This document shows positions 1 to 11,594 of a DNA stretch of 64,000 nucleotides, in pieces. The position numbers were made by a program, and so were the translations under genes. The first letter of the stretch is position 1. The number at the start of each line of letters is the position of its first letter. The DNA comes from Nitrospirota bacterium (lineage in GTDB: Bacteria; Nitrospirota; UBA9217). Where the stretch lies: positions 503,019-567,018 of the forward strand of contig CAVTAJ010000005.1 of the NCBI GenBank assembly GCA_963732675.1, read 5' to 3'. The notes beneath the pieces are model-generated. The model did not search any database, was not told the DNA's origin, and worked only from the letters and a program-made list of their open reading frames with translations.

Positions 1-153
1 AGCAAGGCCGGGATAACCGGCACGCCGGCATTTCTCCTGGGTTATATGACGTCCGACGGTAAGGTGAAAGCGGTAAAGAAAATGGTGGGAGCGTCACCGT
101 ACGCCACTTTTAAGGCTGCGATAGATGAGGTGCTTTCCTCAAAAAACAGGTAA
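1..153 (+). CDS. C-terminal end of a DsbA/thioredoxin-fold protein (partial)
   Basis: Frame 1 reads SKAGITGTPAFLLGY...MVGASPYATFKAAIDEVLSSKNR*; the GITGTP cis-Pro motif is typical of DsbA-like C-termini. Confidence 0.7.
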   Translation, partial: SKAGITGTPAFLLGYMTSDGKVKAVKKMVGASPYATFKAAIDEVLSSKNR

Positions 154-156
154 CGG

Positions 157-194
157 TCTGAGAGCGGGGCATGACCCCGCTCTCAGATGTTTTC
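157..194 (+). terminator. Intrinsic terminator
   Basis: Hairpin TCTGAGAGCGGGG-catga-CCCCGCTCTCAGA followed by TGTTTT, just after the stop codon. Confidence 0.7.
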
Positions 195-602
195 ACCGCG
201 GTCGAGCGCATAAAAAAATATCATTTCCCCGGTGCTGGACGGCATTTTTTTATATTCGTGAAATTCCCTGTCATAAGTATGCCGCCTGGTCTCTATACTG
301 CGATGCTCTGCCATTTATCATCTCGTGAACTACTCTGATCACACCTGCGGAGGGAGTTGCAAAAAGGAAGAGAAAGAGGGATAATCTGAAATCAGTTTTC
401 CGCAGAGGACCGGCGCGATCATCAGGAATGCGATCTCCTCTCTCGTCCGTTGCTTGTCTTTGTCGTGCACGGTTCACCGCACCCCGGTGATCTCATTGAC
501 GGAAAGTTGTCTTGTTTAAAATCTGACTTAATTGGTGTTTGCCGCGGAAGAGCGTGTGAAATACGGTCTCTCCCGGGGTGAGTCCATGGTATATACAGCA
601 TT

Positions 603-1238
603 ATGAAATTCAAGATCGACCTGCACGTCCACACAAAATACAGCGGCGACAACGATTCTGATCCTGAGGAAGCGATTCTTCGTGCCATTGAACTCGGTCT
701 CCACGGCATCGCCTTTACCGAGCACTACTACTACGAAGCATCAGAGCCCGTCGAGATCCTGAAGGAAAAGTACAAGAACAGCATCCTGATCTTCCGGGGA
801 GTAGAGTTTTCAACAGCAGAGGGGCATTGCCTCGTTTTCGGTGTTGATACGGACACGCTGTCGATAAAATATGCTTCGGTTAACGAGGTCATGCAGGCAG
901 TTCATCAGAAAGGCGGCGTGGTGATCCCTTCCCACCCCTATCGTTCGGTGAATAGCCTGGGCGACCTGGTGCGGAACGTGCCGGGCCTCTGCGCGCTCGA
1001 GGGATACAACGGCTGCAATATGCACGCGTTTAACGTGAAGGCGATCGAGGCGGCTGAGGTGCTGAAAATTCCCTATACCGGCGGTTCGGACGCGCACTCG
1101 CCCTGGGAGGTCGGCTCGTGTTTTACCGAGTTTGATGATGTGGTAACCGCTGAGAATTTAATCGAGGTATTAAAGGCAGGGAAATTCCGGGGAGTTGATA
1201 CCCGAAAAATATCCAAAGTGATGATAAACAGTTTTTAA
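603..1238 (+). CDS. PHP-domain metal-dependent phosphoesterase
   Basis: Motifs DLHVHT, FTEH, GVE, GH, SHP and GGSDAH. Confidence 0.9.
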   Translation: MKFKIDLHVHTKYSGDNDSDPEEAILRAIELGLHGIAFTEHYYYEASEPVEILKEKYKNSILIFRGVEFSTAEGHCLVFGVDTDTLSIKYASVNEVMQAVHQKGGVVIPSHPYRSVNSLGDLVRNVPGLCALEGYNGCNMHAFNVKAIEAAEVLKIPYTGGSDAHSPWEVGSCFTEFDDVVTAENLIEVLKAGKFRGVDTRKISKVMINSF

Positions 1239-1681
1239 TCACCTGCAGGCGTACCTCTTCGTCTTTGTCTCGCATCTTCTCGAAAATCAATCTCCCTTCT
1301 TGATATGCATCCCGGTCATCCGAAACGATCACCAGCCTGGATCTGTTCAATTCTCAACAAGGCCTTTTATCCCAACCCGGACAAGTCGGAATCAAGAAAA
1401 GCCGAGTCAATGTCTCTGACACGGATATCAGCGGATGAATCCCGTAAGAAATCCTACGATAGCGTGTCGAGTCGCACGTCTGACATCGTTGACCGGTCTG
1501 CGGCTTTTCTAACGGGATGAAACCTATGAAAGATCGTGATCCGTTATAATCCAATCAGTCCGGAGCAGTATCAAGAAAACCGGTTCATACTGCCCATTTT
1601 AGGAGAATTTTATTCTTTAGCGGCTCTCGTGGTCGTTCATGTGCCGAGGACTGTTGAGGGAGAAGACGTGCGGGGGAAATG

Positions 1682-2671
1682 CTATCCAATATGGTAGTGA
1701 ACCAGGAGTTTCTGGATACCCCAGGCCATGCCGATACAGGCCGGAAGCGTGAGGACCCATGCCATGACGATCTTACCGGCGATTCCCCAGCGGACTGCCG
1801 AGAGCCGCTTGGTGGCGCCTACGCCGAGGATGGCCGTGGATACAACATGCGTCGTGCTGACGGGAAGGCCGAAATGGCTTGCTGCGATGATGATGGCGGT
1901 CGAAGATGTTTCCGCGGCAAAGCCGTGTATGGGCTCGAGCTTCAGCATTTTGTGGCCAAGGGTCTTGATGATCTTCCATCCGCCGAAGAGCGTGCCGAAT
2001 CCCATGGCCAAGGCGCAGATGAGGACGACCCATGTCGGCACATCAAGCGTCTTGATCGCGCCTCCGCTTACGAGGGCCATGGTGATGATGCCCATTGCCT
2101 TCTGCGCATCATTGGAGCCGTGTCCGAAGGCCATGAACGATGACGAGATGATCTGGAGCCTGCCGAAGTACCTGCTGATGACGCCCGGAGAGAGCTGGCC
2201 GAAAAGCCTGAGAATGAGCTTCATGAATAAATAGCCGAAGACGATACCCAGGATTGGAGAGACGAGAAGCGAGGTGAGGATCTTGATAATGCCGCTGACA
2301 TTCAGGATGCCCGCGCCGCCGTGTGCCATCGCTGCTCCCGCGATTCCGCCAAAGAGCGCATGCGAGGAACTGACGGGAAGGCCCATAAGGATGGTGATAA
2401 GGTTCCAGAGGATTGCGGAGAGCAGCGCAGAGATGATGACCAGGTCCGTAACGGCCAGGGGATCGACGATGCCCGTGCCGACGGTTTTAGCGACAGCGGT
2501 CGAGAGGAAGGCGCCGAGGATATTCATCGTTGCGGCAAGGATCACCGCCTGCATGGGTGAAAGGACCTTGGTCGACACCACGGTCGCAATAGCGTTCGCG
2601 CAGTCGTGCCAGCCGTTCGCAATGTCGAAGATCACGGCGAGAACGATGATGAAGATCAGGATCTCATGCAT
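1682..2671 (-). CDS. pit: PiT-family inorganic phosphate transporter
   Basis: Motifs NGWHDCAN, GLPVSSSH, HGSNDAQK and GLPVSTTH. The start ATG (MHEILIF) overlaps the stop of the DUF47 gene. Confidence 0.93.
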   Translation of the reverse strand: MHEILIFIIVLAVIFDIANGWHDCANAIATVVSTKVLSPMQAVILAATMNILGAFLSTAVAKTVGTGIVDPLAVTDLVIISALLSAILWNLITILMGLPVSSSHALFGGIAGAAMAHGGAGILNVSGIIKILTSLLVSPILGIVFGYLFMKLILRLFGQLSPGVISRYFGRLQIISSSFMAFGHGSNDAQKAMGIITMALVSGGAIKTLDVPTWVVLICALAMGFGTLFGGWKIIKTLGHKMLKLEPIHGFAAETSSTAIIIAASHFGLPVSTTHVVSTAILGVGATKRLSAVRWGIAGKIVMAWVLTLPACIGMAWGIQKLLVHYHIG

Positions 2672-3281
2672 ACTTGAGTACAATGGATTCGAGGATATTG
2701 GCGATATCTTCCGCGCGGTCAGAGGCGTCTTCCAGGATCTGGTAGATGTCCTTCCATTTGATGATGTACACCGGGTCGTTATCGCTGTTGACGAGCTTGC
2801 CGAGCGCGTCGCGATACTTGCGGTCGATGCGGTTCTCAAGCCGGTTGACCTCGATGCAATGTTCCTGGACACGGGAATATTGCTTCGCCCGGAGTTCCCG
2901 GAGCGCCTTGATCAGAACGTCCGCCGTCATTTGCAGGTCCTCGGCAATGGAGATGACCTCGGGCGTCGGCTTCTCGATCTTGTACACGACCATCCGGTCC
3001 ACGGCCGCCCAGATCAGGTCGAGGACGTCGTCGATCCGTGATGCAAGCGAATGGATATCTTCACGGTCGATGGGGGTCAGGAAGGTCTTGTTCAGATCCT
3101 TCATGATATCGTGGGTGAGCATATCGCCTTCCTGCTCGAATTCGTAGATGGCCTTCGCCTTTTTCTCGAACGTGTCAAAATTGTTCAGCATGTCGACAAG
3201 CACATTGGCTGCCTTTGAAAGGTTCTCGAGTGCCCGGTCGAATTGTACAAAAAAGTCTATTGTTTTCGGGAAGAGTGCCAT
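2664..3281 (-). CDS. DUF47 / PhoU-like phosphate transport regulator
   Basis: EQEGD...FLTPIDREDI and DRAEDIANILESIVLK motifs; standard partner gene of pit. Confidence 0.92.
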   Translation of the reverse strand: MALFPKTIDFFVQFDRALENLSKAANVLVDMLNNFDTFEKKAKAIYEFEQEGDMLTHDIMKDLNKTFLTPIDREDIHSLASRIDDVLDLIWAAVDRMVVYKIEKPTPEVISIAEDLQMTADVLIKALRELRAKQYSRVQEHCIEVNRLENRIDRKYRDALGKLVNSDNDPVYIIKWKDIYQILEDASDRAEDIANILESIVLKYA

Positions 3282-3581
3282 AGGCCTTTCTTAATGCTCC
3301 TTTTGAGAAAATGTGAGAGGAAAAGCATGCGGTCGTTTGAGTGATGCCAATCTGACTTTGCGGAGATAAATTAGCATAACCGGGCATTTATTGCAACTGA
3401 TAACTCTCATTCTCACCAGAAGAGAAACCATAAAGTGCTATTTATGAACGTTATAAAAAACAACGAGTTAGTGCCGGTGTAGACCATGGCGGGTATGATG
3501 CTTTGTCCCATAACAGTGGTTTCAAAACAAGATAACGGCGGGGGCATCGTCGGCTGAGGAACGCGGGAAAGCGGGTCTGTA

Positions 3582-3614
3582 CAAAAAAAAGGCGGTGAAA
3601 TGCTCACCGCCTTG
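3582..3614 (-). terminator. Intrinsic terminator downstream of the small Cys-rich gene
   Basis: Minus strand reads AAGGCGGTGA-gcatt-TCACCGCCTTTTTTTT. Confidence 0.8.
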
Positions 3615-3641
3615 CAACGAAACGATATCTGAAGAACCGGC

Positions 3642-3815
3642 TTACAGCGCCTTTTCTTTATTGCATTTATCGCAGTACCACATCATGCCGCGGACCTTGC
3701 CGCTTGTGGTCATCATCTTTGCCGCCAGCATGGGTTTGGCGCAGCACTGGGGCACATTCAGGTTCACAATGGCCTTTTTTGTGGCTGCTTTAGCGGTTTT
3801 ACTCATTTCTGCCAT
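3642..3815 (-). CDS. 57-aa small basic Cys-rich (zinc-ribbon-like) protein, absent from the ORF track
   Basis: MAEMSKTAKAATKKAIVNLNVPQCCAKPMLAAKMMTTSGKVRGMMWYCDKCNKEKAL*. Preceded by a GGAGGTGA RBS and a TTGACA-16-TAGAAT promoter, followed by a terminator. Confidence 0.8.
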   Translation of the reverse strand: MAEMSKTAKAATKKAIVNLNVPQCCAKPMLAAKMMTTSGKVRGMMWYCDKCNKEKAL

Positions 3816-3946
3816 GGTACGTTCACCTCCGGTTTGATAGTTCGAAACCCGTGCATTCTAACTGTAAATGGAAAAATGTCAAGAAGATTTTGCATGTTCA
3901 CCTTCTTGCTGCAGGAGACAGGCAAATTCATTTCATGATAAACTCC

Positions 3947-3975
3947 TTGACAATATTAGGGGTTTGAATTATATA
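3947..3975 (+). promoter_or_regulatory. sigma70-type promoter for the LysR gene
   Basis: TTGACA-17 bp-TATATA. Confidence 0.55.
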
Positions 3976-4059
3976 TACAAACGTATTAACAGATGTACGA
4001 TCGTTCTCATGCCATTCCTCATCAGTACTACTTTGCTTGTGTTAACTTAATTATTAACT

Positions 4060-4968
4060 ATGGAAGATCATAAACTAAGAGTGTTCTGCGCCGTCGCAGA
4101 TACCAAAAGCTTTTCCAAGGCCTCGGAGCTCATCCACTTGACCCAGCCCGCGGTGAGCCTTCAGGTGCAGGCCATGGAAGAGCTCTACGAGACCCGTCTG
4201 TTCGACCGGTCCGGCAACTCCATCAATCTGACACCGGCCGGAGAGATCCTGTATAAGCGGGCGAAAGAGATCCTTGCGCTCTACGCCGAGGCCCAGAAGA
4301 ACATAAGTGAGATCACCGGATCGATAAAGGGTTCCCTCTCGATCGGCGCCAGCTCGACCATCGGCAACTACCTGCTCCCCATGATCATCTCGGCGTTCAA
4401 GAAGAAGGTCCCCCAGGTCAATATCTCGCTGCTGGTGAGCAATACCAAGACCATCACCGAAAAATTGAATGCCGGGGAGATCGATATTGCCCTGGTGGAA
4501 GGGGATGTGAGTAAACAGCGTTTTGCCGTTGATACACTGCTGTCGGACGAACTCGTAGTGATCATGTCTCCGGCGCACCCCTGGGCCGAACGCCGCAATA
4601 TTCCGGCCATGGACTTGATCAAAGAGCCCCTCATCCTGCGAGAAGAGGGGTCGGGCACCCGCCAGATCATCCTGAAACATCTCGAAGAGCACGGGATCAA
4701 ACTGGCCGACCTCAAGATCTCGCTTGTGCTCGGCAGCACCGAATCGATCAAGAGCGCCGTGGAGGAAGGCGTCGGTGTCTCGATCGTCTCGGCCTGGGCC
4801 GCCCGCCAGGCGATCAAACACGGGATCCTGAAGGCCATGACCTTCAAGGACGTCAAGTTCCACCGGAATTTCAGCATCATCTCGCCCAAACGCAATTATT
4901 GCACCCATACGGCCAAGGAGTTTCTGGGCTTCCTGAAGGTCTACCCCATCAAGGCCCCGCTGCCCTGA
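4060..4968 (+). CDS. LysR-family regulator, CysL/YeiE-like (sulfur/selenium-associated subgroup)
   Basis: HTH SFSKASELIHLTQPAVS; IGASSTIGNYLLP, LREEGSGTR and LGSTESIKSAVEEG are typical of CysL/YeiE. Confidence 0.9.
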   Translation: MEDHKLRVFCAVADTKSFSKASELIHLTQPAVSLQVQAMEELYETRLFDRSGNSINLTPAGEILYKRAKEILALYAEAQKNISEITGSIKGSLSIGASSTIGNYLLPMIISAFKKKVPQVNISLLVSNTKTITEKLNAGEIDIALVEGDVSKQRFAVDTLLSDELVVIMSPAHPWAERRNIPAMDLIKEPLILREEGSGTRQIILKHLEEHGIKLADLKISLVLGSTESIKSAVEEGVGVSIVSAWAARQAIKHGILKAMTFKDVKFHRNFSIISPKRNYCTHTAKEFLGFLKVYPIKAPLP

Positions 4969-7497
4969 TCCGGAGCCTGCCCCAGTTTCCCTGTTCCTGT
5001 TCGCTCCACTTCGAGCGATCAAAGAGATCGATCCTCCGCAGTATCAGATCATTCCATCTTTGTAGTGCAAACTTTCCCGTATTCACCCCGATCGTCACTG
5101 CGCCGTCCATATCAGTTCTGCAGATCCGGGCCCCGATTTTCTCGTATCGCGCAAGGACCTCATCGGACGGATGATGATATGGATTCCCTCTGCCCACCGT
5201 CACGATCGCTACGTCGGGCCGTATCTGCGATACAAAGGCGTCGCTGCTCGAGCTTTTGCTTCCGTGGTGCGGGACCTTGATAAGGTCGGCTTTCAGGCCC
5301 GGCATGGTCCTTATGATGTCTCGTTCCGCCTCGATCCCGATATCGCCGGTGAATAACATGTCCTTGCCTTCCGACCTGACCTGCAGGACGAGAGAGCGGT
5401 TGTTCTCAGCGGCATATGCCTGCCGATCATGAGCATCGAATCCCCTGCGCGGATGGAGCACGGAGACCATCGCCTCGCCGAGCATCACCGGAGGATCATC
5501 AGCGGACACCAACCGACAGTGTATTTTTTTGTCTTCCATCGCCCGGCTGAACTCACCATGTCCCGGCAGGTCCGTATCCATTCCGCTCTCCCAGACTGCA
5601 GCGACCTCGAATTTTTTCAGGATCGCGATAAGCCCGTTCATGTGGTCTGGATGCGGGTGGGACAGGACCACGAGGTCCAGCCTGCGGATGCCTTTGTTCC
5701 AGAGATAGGGGGCAAGGACGCGCCGCCCGATATCGAAGCGGTTGTCGCGGGTGCCTCCGCCGTCGATCAGGATGGTCTTTCCCCCGGGAAGTTCGATGAG
5801 CGTGGAGTCTCCCTGGCCCACGTCGGGGAAGCTGATCATTGTGTGTTGTTGGGGTATGAAGGAGAGGGCAAGTCGGAAGCAGCAAACACACTCCCGCGAA
5901 AACCATGCCGATGACCGGTGCCTTTGAAACCCGTGATGATGATTCGAACGGCTTGAACCGGGAGAGCAGACGCGTCCTCGTGTGCATGAACAGTGAGACA
6001 AAGAGAACAGCATAGAACATAAGCCACACGACATCGGGCGCGGGCGGATGAAATTCAGCGAAGGGGAGCTGTGAAAAGAATGAGACAGCGCTGATAAAGG
6101 CGTCTGCTGCGGTCTGGTCCAGCCCGGCCAGCGGCAGGTGATGAGTAAAGAGAGAGAGTATCCCTGAAAACAGTCCGAGCGGAACGACCACCATACCCGC
6201 AAAAGGGACGATGATGAGGTTCGAGACGATGCCGGCGAATGAGATCTGGTTGAAGTAGTACGCGACAAGTGGTCCGGTGGCGAGACCCGTGGAAAGGGAT
6301 ATGATGATGAGGAGCAGGGCGCTGTTCCTGATCTTCCGGAAACGGGTCTCTGCCGTTAATTGCAGCTCGTTCCAGAGCGAGACGACGTAACCGATGACCA
6401 GGACGGAGAGAAACGAAAGCTGGAACGAGATGTCGAAGATCGCCTGCGGGTTTGAGATGAGGATGAGGAGCGCTGCGAGGGCAAGGGAGTGCATGAGCGC
6501 ATTCTCGCGGTCGAGGATGATCGCGAAGAGCCCCGCGGTGATCATAACGAGCGAGCGGACCGTTGCCACCTGCCCCCCTGCAAGCAGCGTATAGAAGACC
6601 ACGAGCGGGAGGGTGAGCCATGCGGCAATGATCTTTGGGTCCGTGTGCAGGGTCAAACGGTGATAGAACCGTTCCGGCAGCATGAACAGCAGCCACCTGA
6701 TCAGGCCGAAACAGAGGACCGCCACCATGCCGAGGTGGGATCCGGAGATGGAGATGATGTGCGTGACGCCTGCCGCCATGAACCGGTCTCGCAGCTCGTC
6801 GGTGAGCCGGCCTTCCTCGCCGAGCACCATGGCCTGGAGGATGGCAGATCCATCCCCTGAGGTTGACGCCAGAAACGATTGACGGATCCGTTCCCGCCAG
6901 TCCTGGATGGTCCTGAACAGACCTGTGCCGCGGCTGAGGATCTCGATCGTCATCCGCGCTCTTTACGTTCACGGTGTAATACATGCCGCTTCGGGCAAGG
7001 GATGCGGGGTAGTCAAAACCTCCCGGATTGTTGTATCCGCCAGGTTCGAACAGTTTGCCGGTGATGCGAATGATATCGCCATATCCAACGGACGACATCT
7101 CTTCGCGAACGCTGACGCGGACCTTCCCCGAAACGCGGGTTCCGTCGATGTCATGAATGTCCACGACAAAGCCGGTCCTCTCCGGGTCGCGATCAAGAGG
7201 GGAGATGATTTTGCCGATGATCTCGTGGGTCTCCTTATCAGGCCTGAAATGGCGGGTGTAATGATCGGCTGGAAACCACGCAGCCGAGGAGAGGTATGCG
7301 GCCATGCCCACAAGGCAGGGGAGAATGACGAGCATCGTACGGCGGATGGTCAGTTTATCCAACCAGGTGAGTAAGCCTGATATCAGAATGCTGAAAATGA
7401 TCAGGAAGCCGATCGAATAGGGGAAGTAGAGAAACTCGTGACCGAGCAGGAGGCCAGTGATGTATGCCAGTGTGAGGGTGATGATGGGTTTGCGCAT
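4949..7497 (-). CDS. comEC: DNA uptake channel ComEC/Rec2, with two apparent frameshifts (~6950, ~5850)
   Basis: DUF4131 region (NPGGFDY), Competence domain (GVTHIISISGSH, SFQLSF) and metallo-beta-lactamase domain (DVGQGD, SHPHPDH, KVPHHGS) are spread over three frames. Confidence 0.9.
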
Positions 7498-7703
7498 AAA
7501 GGGTCAAGATGTTATATTCAGGAGTGCAGTAAAGAAAAGATGGTTGAACTGTTTCTAATATAGTTATGCACCGAAAGAACCAATGACCTCCAAGTTACGC
7601 AAACGGCATAGTTGATAAATTATTATTTGATGGATATAACCGAAATATTAGTTGAAGAAACAGAAGCTGTTCCACGCACCAGTCATGCATCCAAAAAGAA
7701 GAT

Positions 7704-7976
7704 TCATTCCACCAATGACGAGATTATAATGTCAAACAAGAGACTGAAGGGGAGATCTAATTTTGGATAGTCCGGCGGTTCTACGCCATACTTATCCCTG
7801 TAACCTCGGAGAATATCATCGTGACCTGCGCTCGCATGTATGTCGAGCCGAGTGCCGCTATATATCTTTGGGCTTTCTTTGGTGAAGTGGGCAGTTGTTG
7901 TTAGATGACGCACAGGCAGTGGTTAAAAGCGTGAAAATAACATGGCAGATACCAAGCGTCTGTTCCGTGTTGTCAT
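7704..7976 (-). CDS. YceK/YidQ-like small lipoprotein, frameshifted
   Basis: GAGGAG RBS then ATG at 7976. Lipobox LTTAC appears after a frameshift, followed by KIYSGTRLD...DLPFSLLFD, typical of YceK/YidQ. Confidence 0.55.
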
Positions 7977-7988
7977 TGATATTTCTCC

Positions 7989-8534
7989 TCACTGTTCCTT
8001 GTTTCTTCTCTCTTGCGCCAGAGGAATGTCGGCGGACTTGATCAATCTCCTCTCGAAGGAAATCGGTTTATCTTCTCCTGCTTCGCTATAGATCGCAGGT
8101 CTACCGGAAAAAACGGCGTCGATCGTTATGGGTATTGTTTTCTGCCCTGATAAAATCCGCCGTAGGACGGACCCCAGAACGGGGTAGAGGTCCGCATAAG
8201 CGATCGTTGCAGGGACCTTGATCTCCGTGTCTCCTTTCGGGTTAAGCGCTAAAGGAATGTTTTTCCCTGTCAGAAACTTTTTCCCTTCAACAAAAAGATC
8301 ATACGAGCAGGTTACGTTCTTCAATCCTGCTTCATTCGGATTATGCGCGGTGAACAGAAAATTCACGGTTGCCCCGTTTTGCGAGGTCTCGACCAGTTCG
8401 GATCCGGCATAGGTGAAGGTTGGCTTCTCTAACCGGCTGGTCATCAGTTTAGTGAAGGTGCATCCTGGCAGGGCAAGGATGAGCGCTGCAACGACAACGC
8501 GATTTATTCTGTATGAAAATATAATTCTATTCAT
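7989..8534 (-). CDS. LEA type 2 / WHy-domain lipoprotein
   Basis: Lipobox LPGC and HNPN motif; beta-rich sequence. Confidence 0.75.
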   Translation of the reverse strand: MNRIIFSYRINRVVVAALILALPGCTFTKLMTSRLEKPTFTYAGSELVETSQNGATVNFLFTAHNPNEAGLKNVTCSYDLFVEGKKFLTGKNIPLALNPKGDTEIKVPATIAYADLYPVLGSVLRRILSGQKTIPITIDAVFSGRPAIYSEAGEDKPISFERRLIKSADIPLAQERRNKEQ

Positions 8535-8566
8535 AGCGAACGTTTCAAGAACACCAATCGAGAAGT

Positions 8567-8606
8567 CCCCACTCACCCCGGCCCTCTCCCTCAAGGGGAG
8601 AGGAGG
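8567..8606. repeat. REP-like palindromic unit (CCCCTCACCCCxGCCCTCTCCC..GGGAGAGG family)
   Basis: Related copies at 28854-28938, 36237-36310, 37945-38005 and 53755-53791. Confidence 0.7.
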
Positions 8607-8635
8607 GATAGATGGGTGCATCTTTGATCAGTCTT

Positions 8636-9985
8636 CTACCCCAGCTTCTCCTTGATGATCCCTGCAAGACCATCAGCAAGCGTCTTGATCTCGTTCTGGT
8701 CCTCGCCCTCGATCATCACGCGTACCTTGGGTTCGGTGCCGGAATACCGCACGAGCAGGCGGCCGGTACCATCCAGCTTCTTCTCGATCTCGGACATCCG
8801 CTTCGCGATCTCGGGGATTGAATCGAGGTCTTTCCGCTCCTTTACTTTCACGTTCACGAGTATCTGGGGATAGGTCTTCATGCAGGCCGCGAGTTCCGAC
8901 AGCGGCTTATCGGTCTGCTTCATGATCGTGAGGACCTGGAGCGCGGAGATGAGGCCGTCGCCGGTGGTGTTGTGGTCCAGGAAGATGATGTGGCCCGACT
9001 GCTCTCCACCGAGGTTGTAGCCTCCTTCGATCATTTTTTCCATGACGTACCGGTCTCCGACCGCGGCGCGGACGAGCTTGCCGCCTGCTTGACGCATTGC
9101 CAGCTCCAACCCGAGATTGCTCATGACCGTGGCCACGAGCGTATTGTGGTTGAGATTGCCGTGTTTCATCATGTGGAGAGCGCAGATGGCCATGACCACG
9201 TCGCCGTCGACCATGACACCGTTCTCATCGCACAGGATGATACGGTCAGCGTCGCCGTCAAAGGCGATCCCGATCTGCGCATTGTTCGCCACCACGGAAC
9301 GGAAGATGACCTCGGGGTGGAGCGATCCGCAGCCCTGGTTGATGTTCATGCCGCTTGGCTGGTCGTAGAGCGAGATCACGTCGGCGCCGAGTTCCGTCAG
9401 GACGCGGGGACCGATCTTGTAGGCTGCGCCGTTTGCGGAGTCAACGATGATGCGCAGCCCCGCAAGGTCCATACCGCGGGGGATCGAGGACTTCACGAAC
9501 TCGTTGTATCTGCCGATGGCGTCGTCGATCCGGAAGGCCTTGCCGATCTCGCTGGCCGTAGGCCGGACGGAGTCTATGGCGCCGGAAAAAATCAGGTCCT
9601 CCATCTTTTTTTCCATCTCGTCGGGAAGTTTGAATCCGTCCCTGCCGAAGAATTTAATGCCGTTGTCCTCATAGGGGTTGTGCGATGCCGAGATCACGAC
9701 GCCGGCATCGGCCCTGAGGCTGCGCGTGAGGAACGCGATCCCCGGCGTCGGCACAGGCCCGATCAGCAGCACATCCATGCCCATGGAGCACAGCCCGGAA
9801 GTAAGCGCGCTTTCTATCATATACCCCGAGAGCCTCGTGTCCTTGCCGATCACGATGCGGTGTCTGCGGGCCGAATCTCGGAATACGTGCGCCGCCGCCC
9901 TGCCGATGCGCATTGCCATCTCCGAGGTCATGGGGTCCTGGTTCGCTACACCCCTTACGCCATCTGTTCCGAAAAGCTTTTTCAT
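8636..9985 (-). CDS. glmM: Phosphoglucosamine mutase
   Basis: Motifs [27 protein letters not shown] and RYSGTEP. Confidence 0.97.
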   Translation of the reverse strand: MKKLFGTDGVRGVANQDPMTSEMAMRIGRAAAHVFRDSARRHRIVIGKDTRLSGYMIESALTSGLCSMGMDVLLIGPVPTPGIAFLTRSLRADAGVVISASHNPYEDNGIKFFGRDGFKLPDEMEKKMEDLIFSGAIDSVRPTASEIGKAFRIDDAIGRYNEFVKSSIPRGMDLAGLRIIVDSANGAAYKIGPRVLTELGADVISLYDQPSGMNINQGCGSLHPEVIFRSVVANNAQIGIAFDGDADRIILCDENGVMVDGDVVMAICALHMMKHGNLNHNTLVATVMSNLGLELAMRQAGGKLVRAAVGDRYVMEKMIEGGYNLGGEQSGHIIFLDHNTTGDGLISALQVLTIMKQTDKPLSELAACMKTYPQILVNVKVKERKDLDSIPEIAKRMSEIEKKLDGTGRLLVRYSGTEPKVRVMIEGEDQNEIKTLADGLAGIIKEKLG

Positions 9986-10640
9986 TTGTTAATCCTCTCA
10001 ATGATAATTCGTACCTCGATATTTTTTTCAAGGAGCTTCACCGATTGGCCCTGGTAATCTATCTTGGGTTCGACGATCTGTTCTCTTCAGCCCCCTGGAT
10101 GTCGATCGGCAGGGTTTGGAGACTGTCCAGCGTTTTCATCGACGCTGGAGGGCCCTTCAACGGTTATCTTCGGCGGAGTGACGACGATATTCTTCAGTCG
10201 ATAGCCGCTCGCGGGAGCGCCATGGACAACCGGCTTCAGACGGAATGTTTTCCGGATGAGCGGCTCGAGCTTTACCTTGACCTCCGACAGGGACATATGG
10301 GTGACGACTACATCTGACCGGACGACTTGATATCGTCAGGGGACAGGCGCACGGTATTTTCCCCCTCTTTGGTCATGGACAGATCGAGGATGCCGACCAA
10401 CTTTTTGCCTGTCGTGATGTCCCGGAGCAACCGTTCCTGGCCCTGCACACGCACTTCCAGTGAACTGGCCACAGGCCCGACCACGGCCATGTTCTGGGGG
10501 ATGCTGCGCAGCTCAAGCGGCACCGTCAGCGTCATCTCGGTCTTGCCTTTTGAAGTTACGTAGAACCAGAGCATCAGGGAAAGTCCGAGCGAGATGAGTT
10601 TGATGCCCCAGTTCTCAACAAGCATGCCTCGAAGGTTCAT
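9982..10640 (-). CDS. cdaR: CdaR/YbbR-like c-di-AMP cyclase regulator, frameshifted
   Basis: [19 protein letters not shown] followed by YbbR-type repeats across several frames; lies between cdaA and glmM. Confidence 0.8.
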
Positions 10641-10647
10641 GGTATGA

Positions 10648-11433
10648 TCACCGGCCCTTCTTTTTGACGAAAATATCGGAGATCGTCTTCCTGAGCGCGG
10701 GTGCGTCAGCATTGTGCGCGATCGCGCCGTTCATGACCACCGAGATCTCCCCCGTTTCCTCGGAAACGACGATCGCCACGGCATCGCTCTCTTCCGTCAG
10801 CCCGACAGCGGCGCGATGGCGGGTGCCGAGCGCCTTTGACAGGTTTGACGAAAGCGTGAGCGGCAGGAAGCACCCCGCGGCGGTGATCCTGCCGTTCCGG
10901 ATGATCGCCGCGCCGTCATGGATCGGCGAGTAGGGAAGGAAGATGCTCACGAGGATCTCCTTGGTGACCTTGGCGTCGAGTTCGGTACCCATTTCCACGA
11001 TGGTCGATAGATCGGTGTCGCGTTCGAGCACGATGAGCGCGCCGATGCGCTTGTTGGCCATGTTGACGGCCGCTTTGACCGTCTCTTCAATGAATTTTGA
11101 GCCCTCGACCTCCGAGAGCGACCGGAACAGGTGGCGTTCGCCGACCCGGGCCAGCGTACGCCTGATCTCGGGCTGGAACAGGATCACGAGGGCAAGCACG
11201 ATCTGGGACCAGAAGCTGTGGATGAGCCAGTCAAGGGTGTAGAACTCGAAGGTCTGCGATGCGATGAGCACGAGCACGATGAGCCCGATGCCGATGAGCA
11301 TCTGAAAGGCGCGCGTGCCCTTGATGATGAGCAGCAGCCGGTAACAGAGATAGTAGACGAGCACGATGTCCACTGTATCGTTGAACCAGCGATAGTGCGC
11401 CAGGGATTCGCGTATTTCAGTAAAGGTTGTCAT
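10648..11433 (-). CDS. cdaA: Diadenylate cyclase CdaA/DacA
   Basis: Three N-terminal TM helices; FQPEIRR, HDGA, GTRHRAA and VSEETG motifs. Confidence 0.95.
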   Translation of the reverse strand: MTTFTEIRESLAHYRWFNDTVDIVLVYYLCYRLLLIIKGTRAFQMLIGIGLIVLVLIASQTFEFYTLDWLIHSFWSQIVLALVILFQPEIRRTLARVGERHLFRSLSEVEGSKFIEETVKAAVNMANKRIGALIVLERDTDLSTIVEMGTELDAKVTKEILVSIFLPYSPIHDGAAIIRNGRITAAGCFLPLTLSSNLSKALGTRHRAAVGLTEESDAVAIVVSEETGEISVVMNGAIAHNADAPALRKTISDIFVKKKGR

Positions 11434-11594
11434 AAAAGATCAAAGGATCGAAATTGAAAACCACAGAGACGCGGAGGCGCCGAGAACAGCCGATACAGAA
11501 TAAAGGAACAAAAAGGAAATCAAAACCAGCACTTTCATGTTTCCTGCTATCCTGCTGTTTCCTGCGTGACTCCGTATCTCCATGGTAAAGTATG

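Noticed and set aside
1239-1680. Short ORFs between the PHP gene and pit, and at 195-600, 21955-22240, 38040-38340 and 48620-48830
   Set aside because: No recognisable motifs, RBS or RNA structure that I can support.
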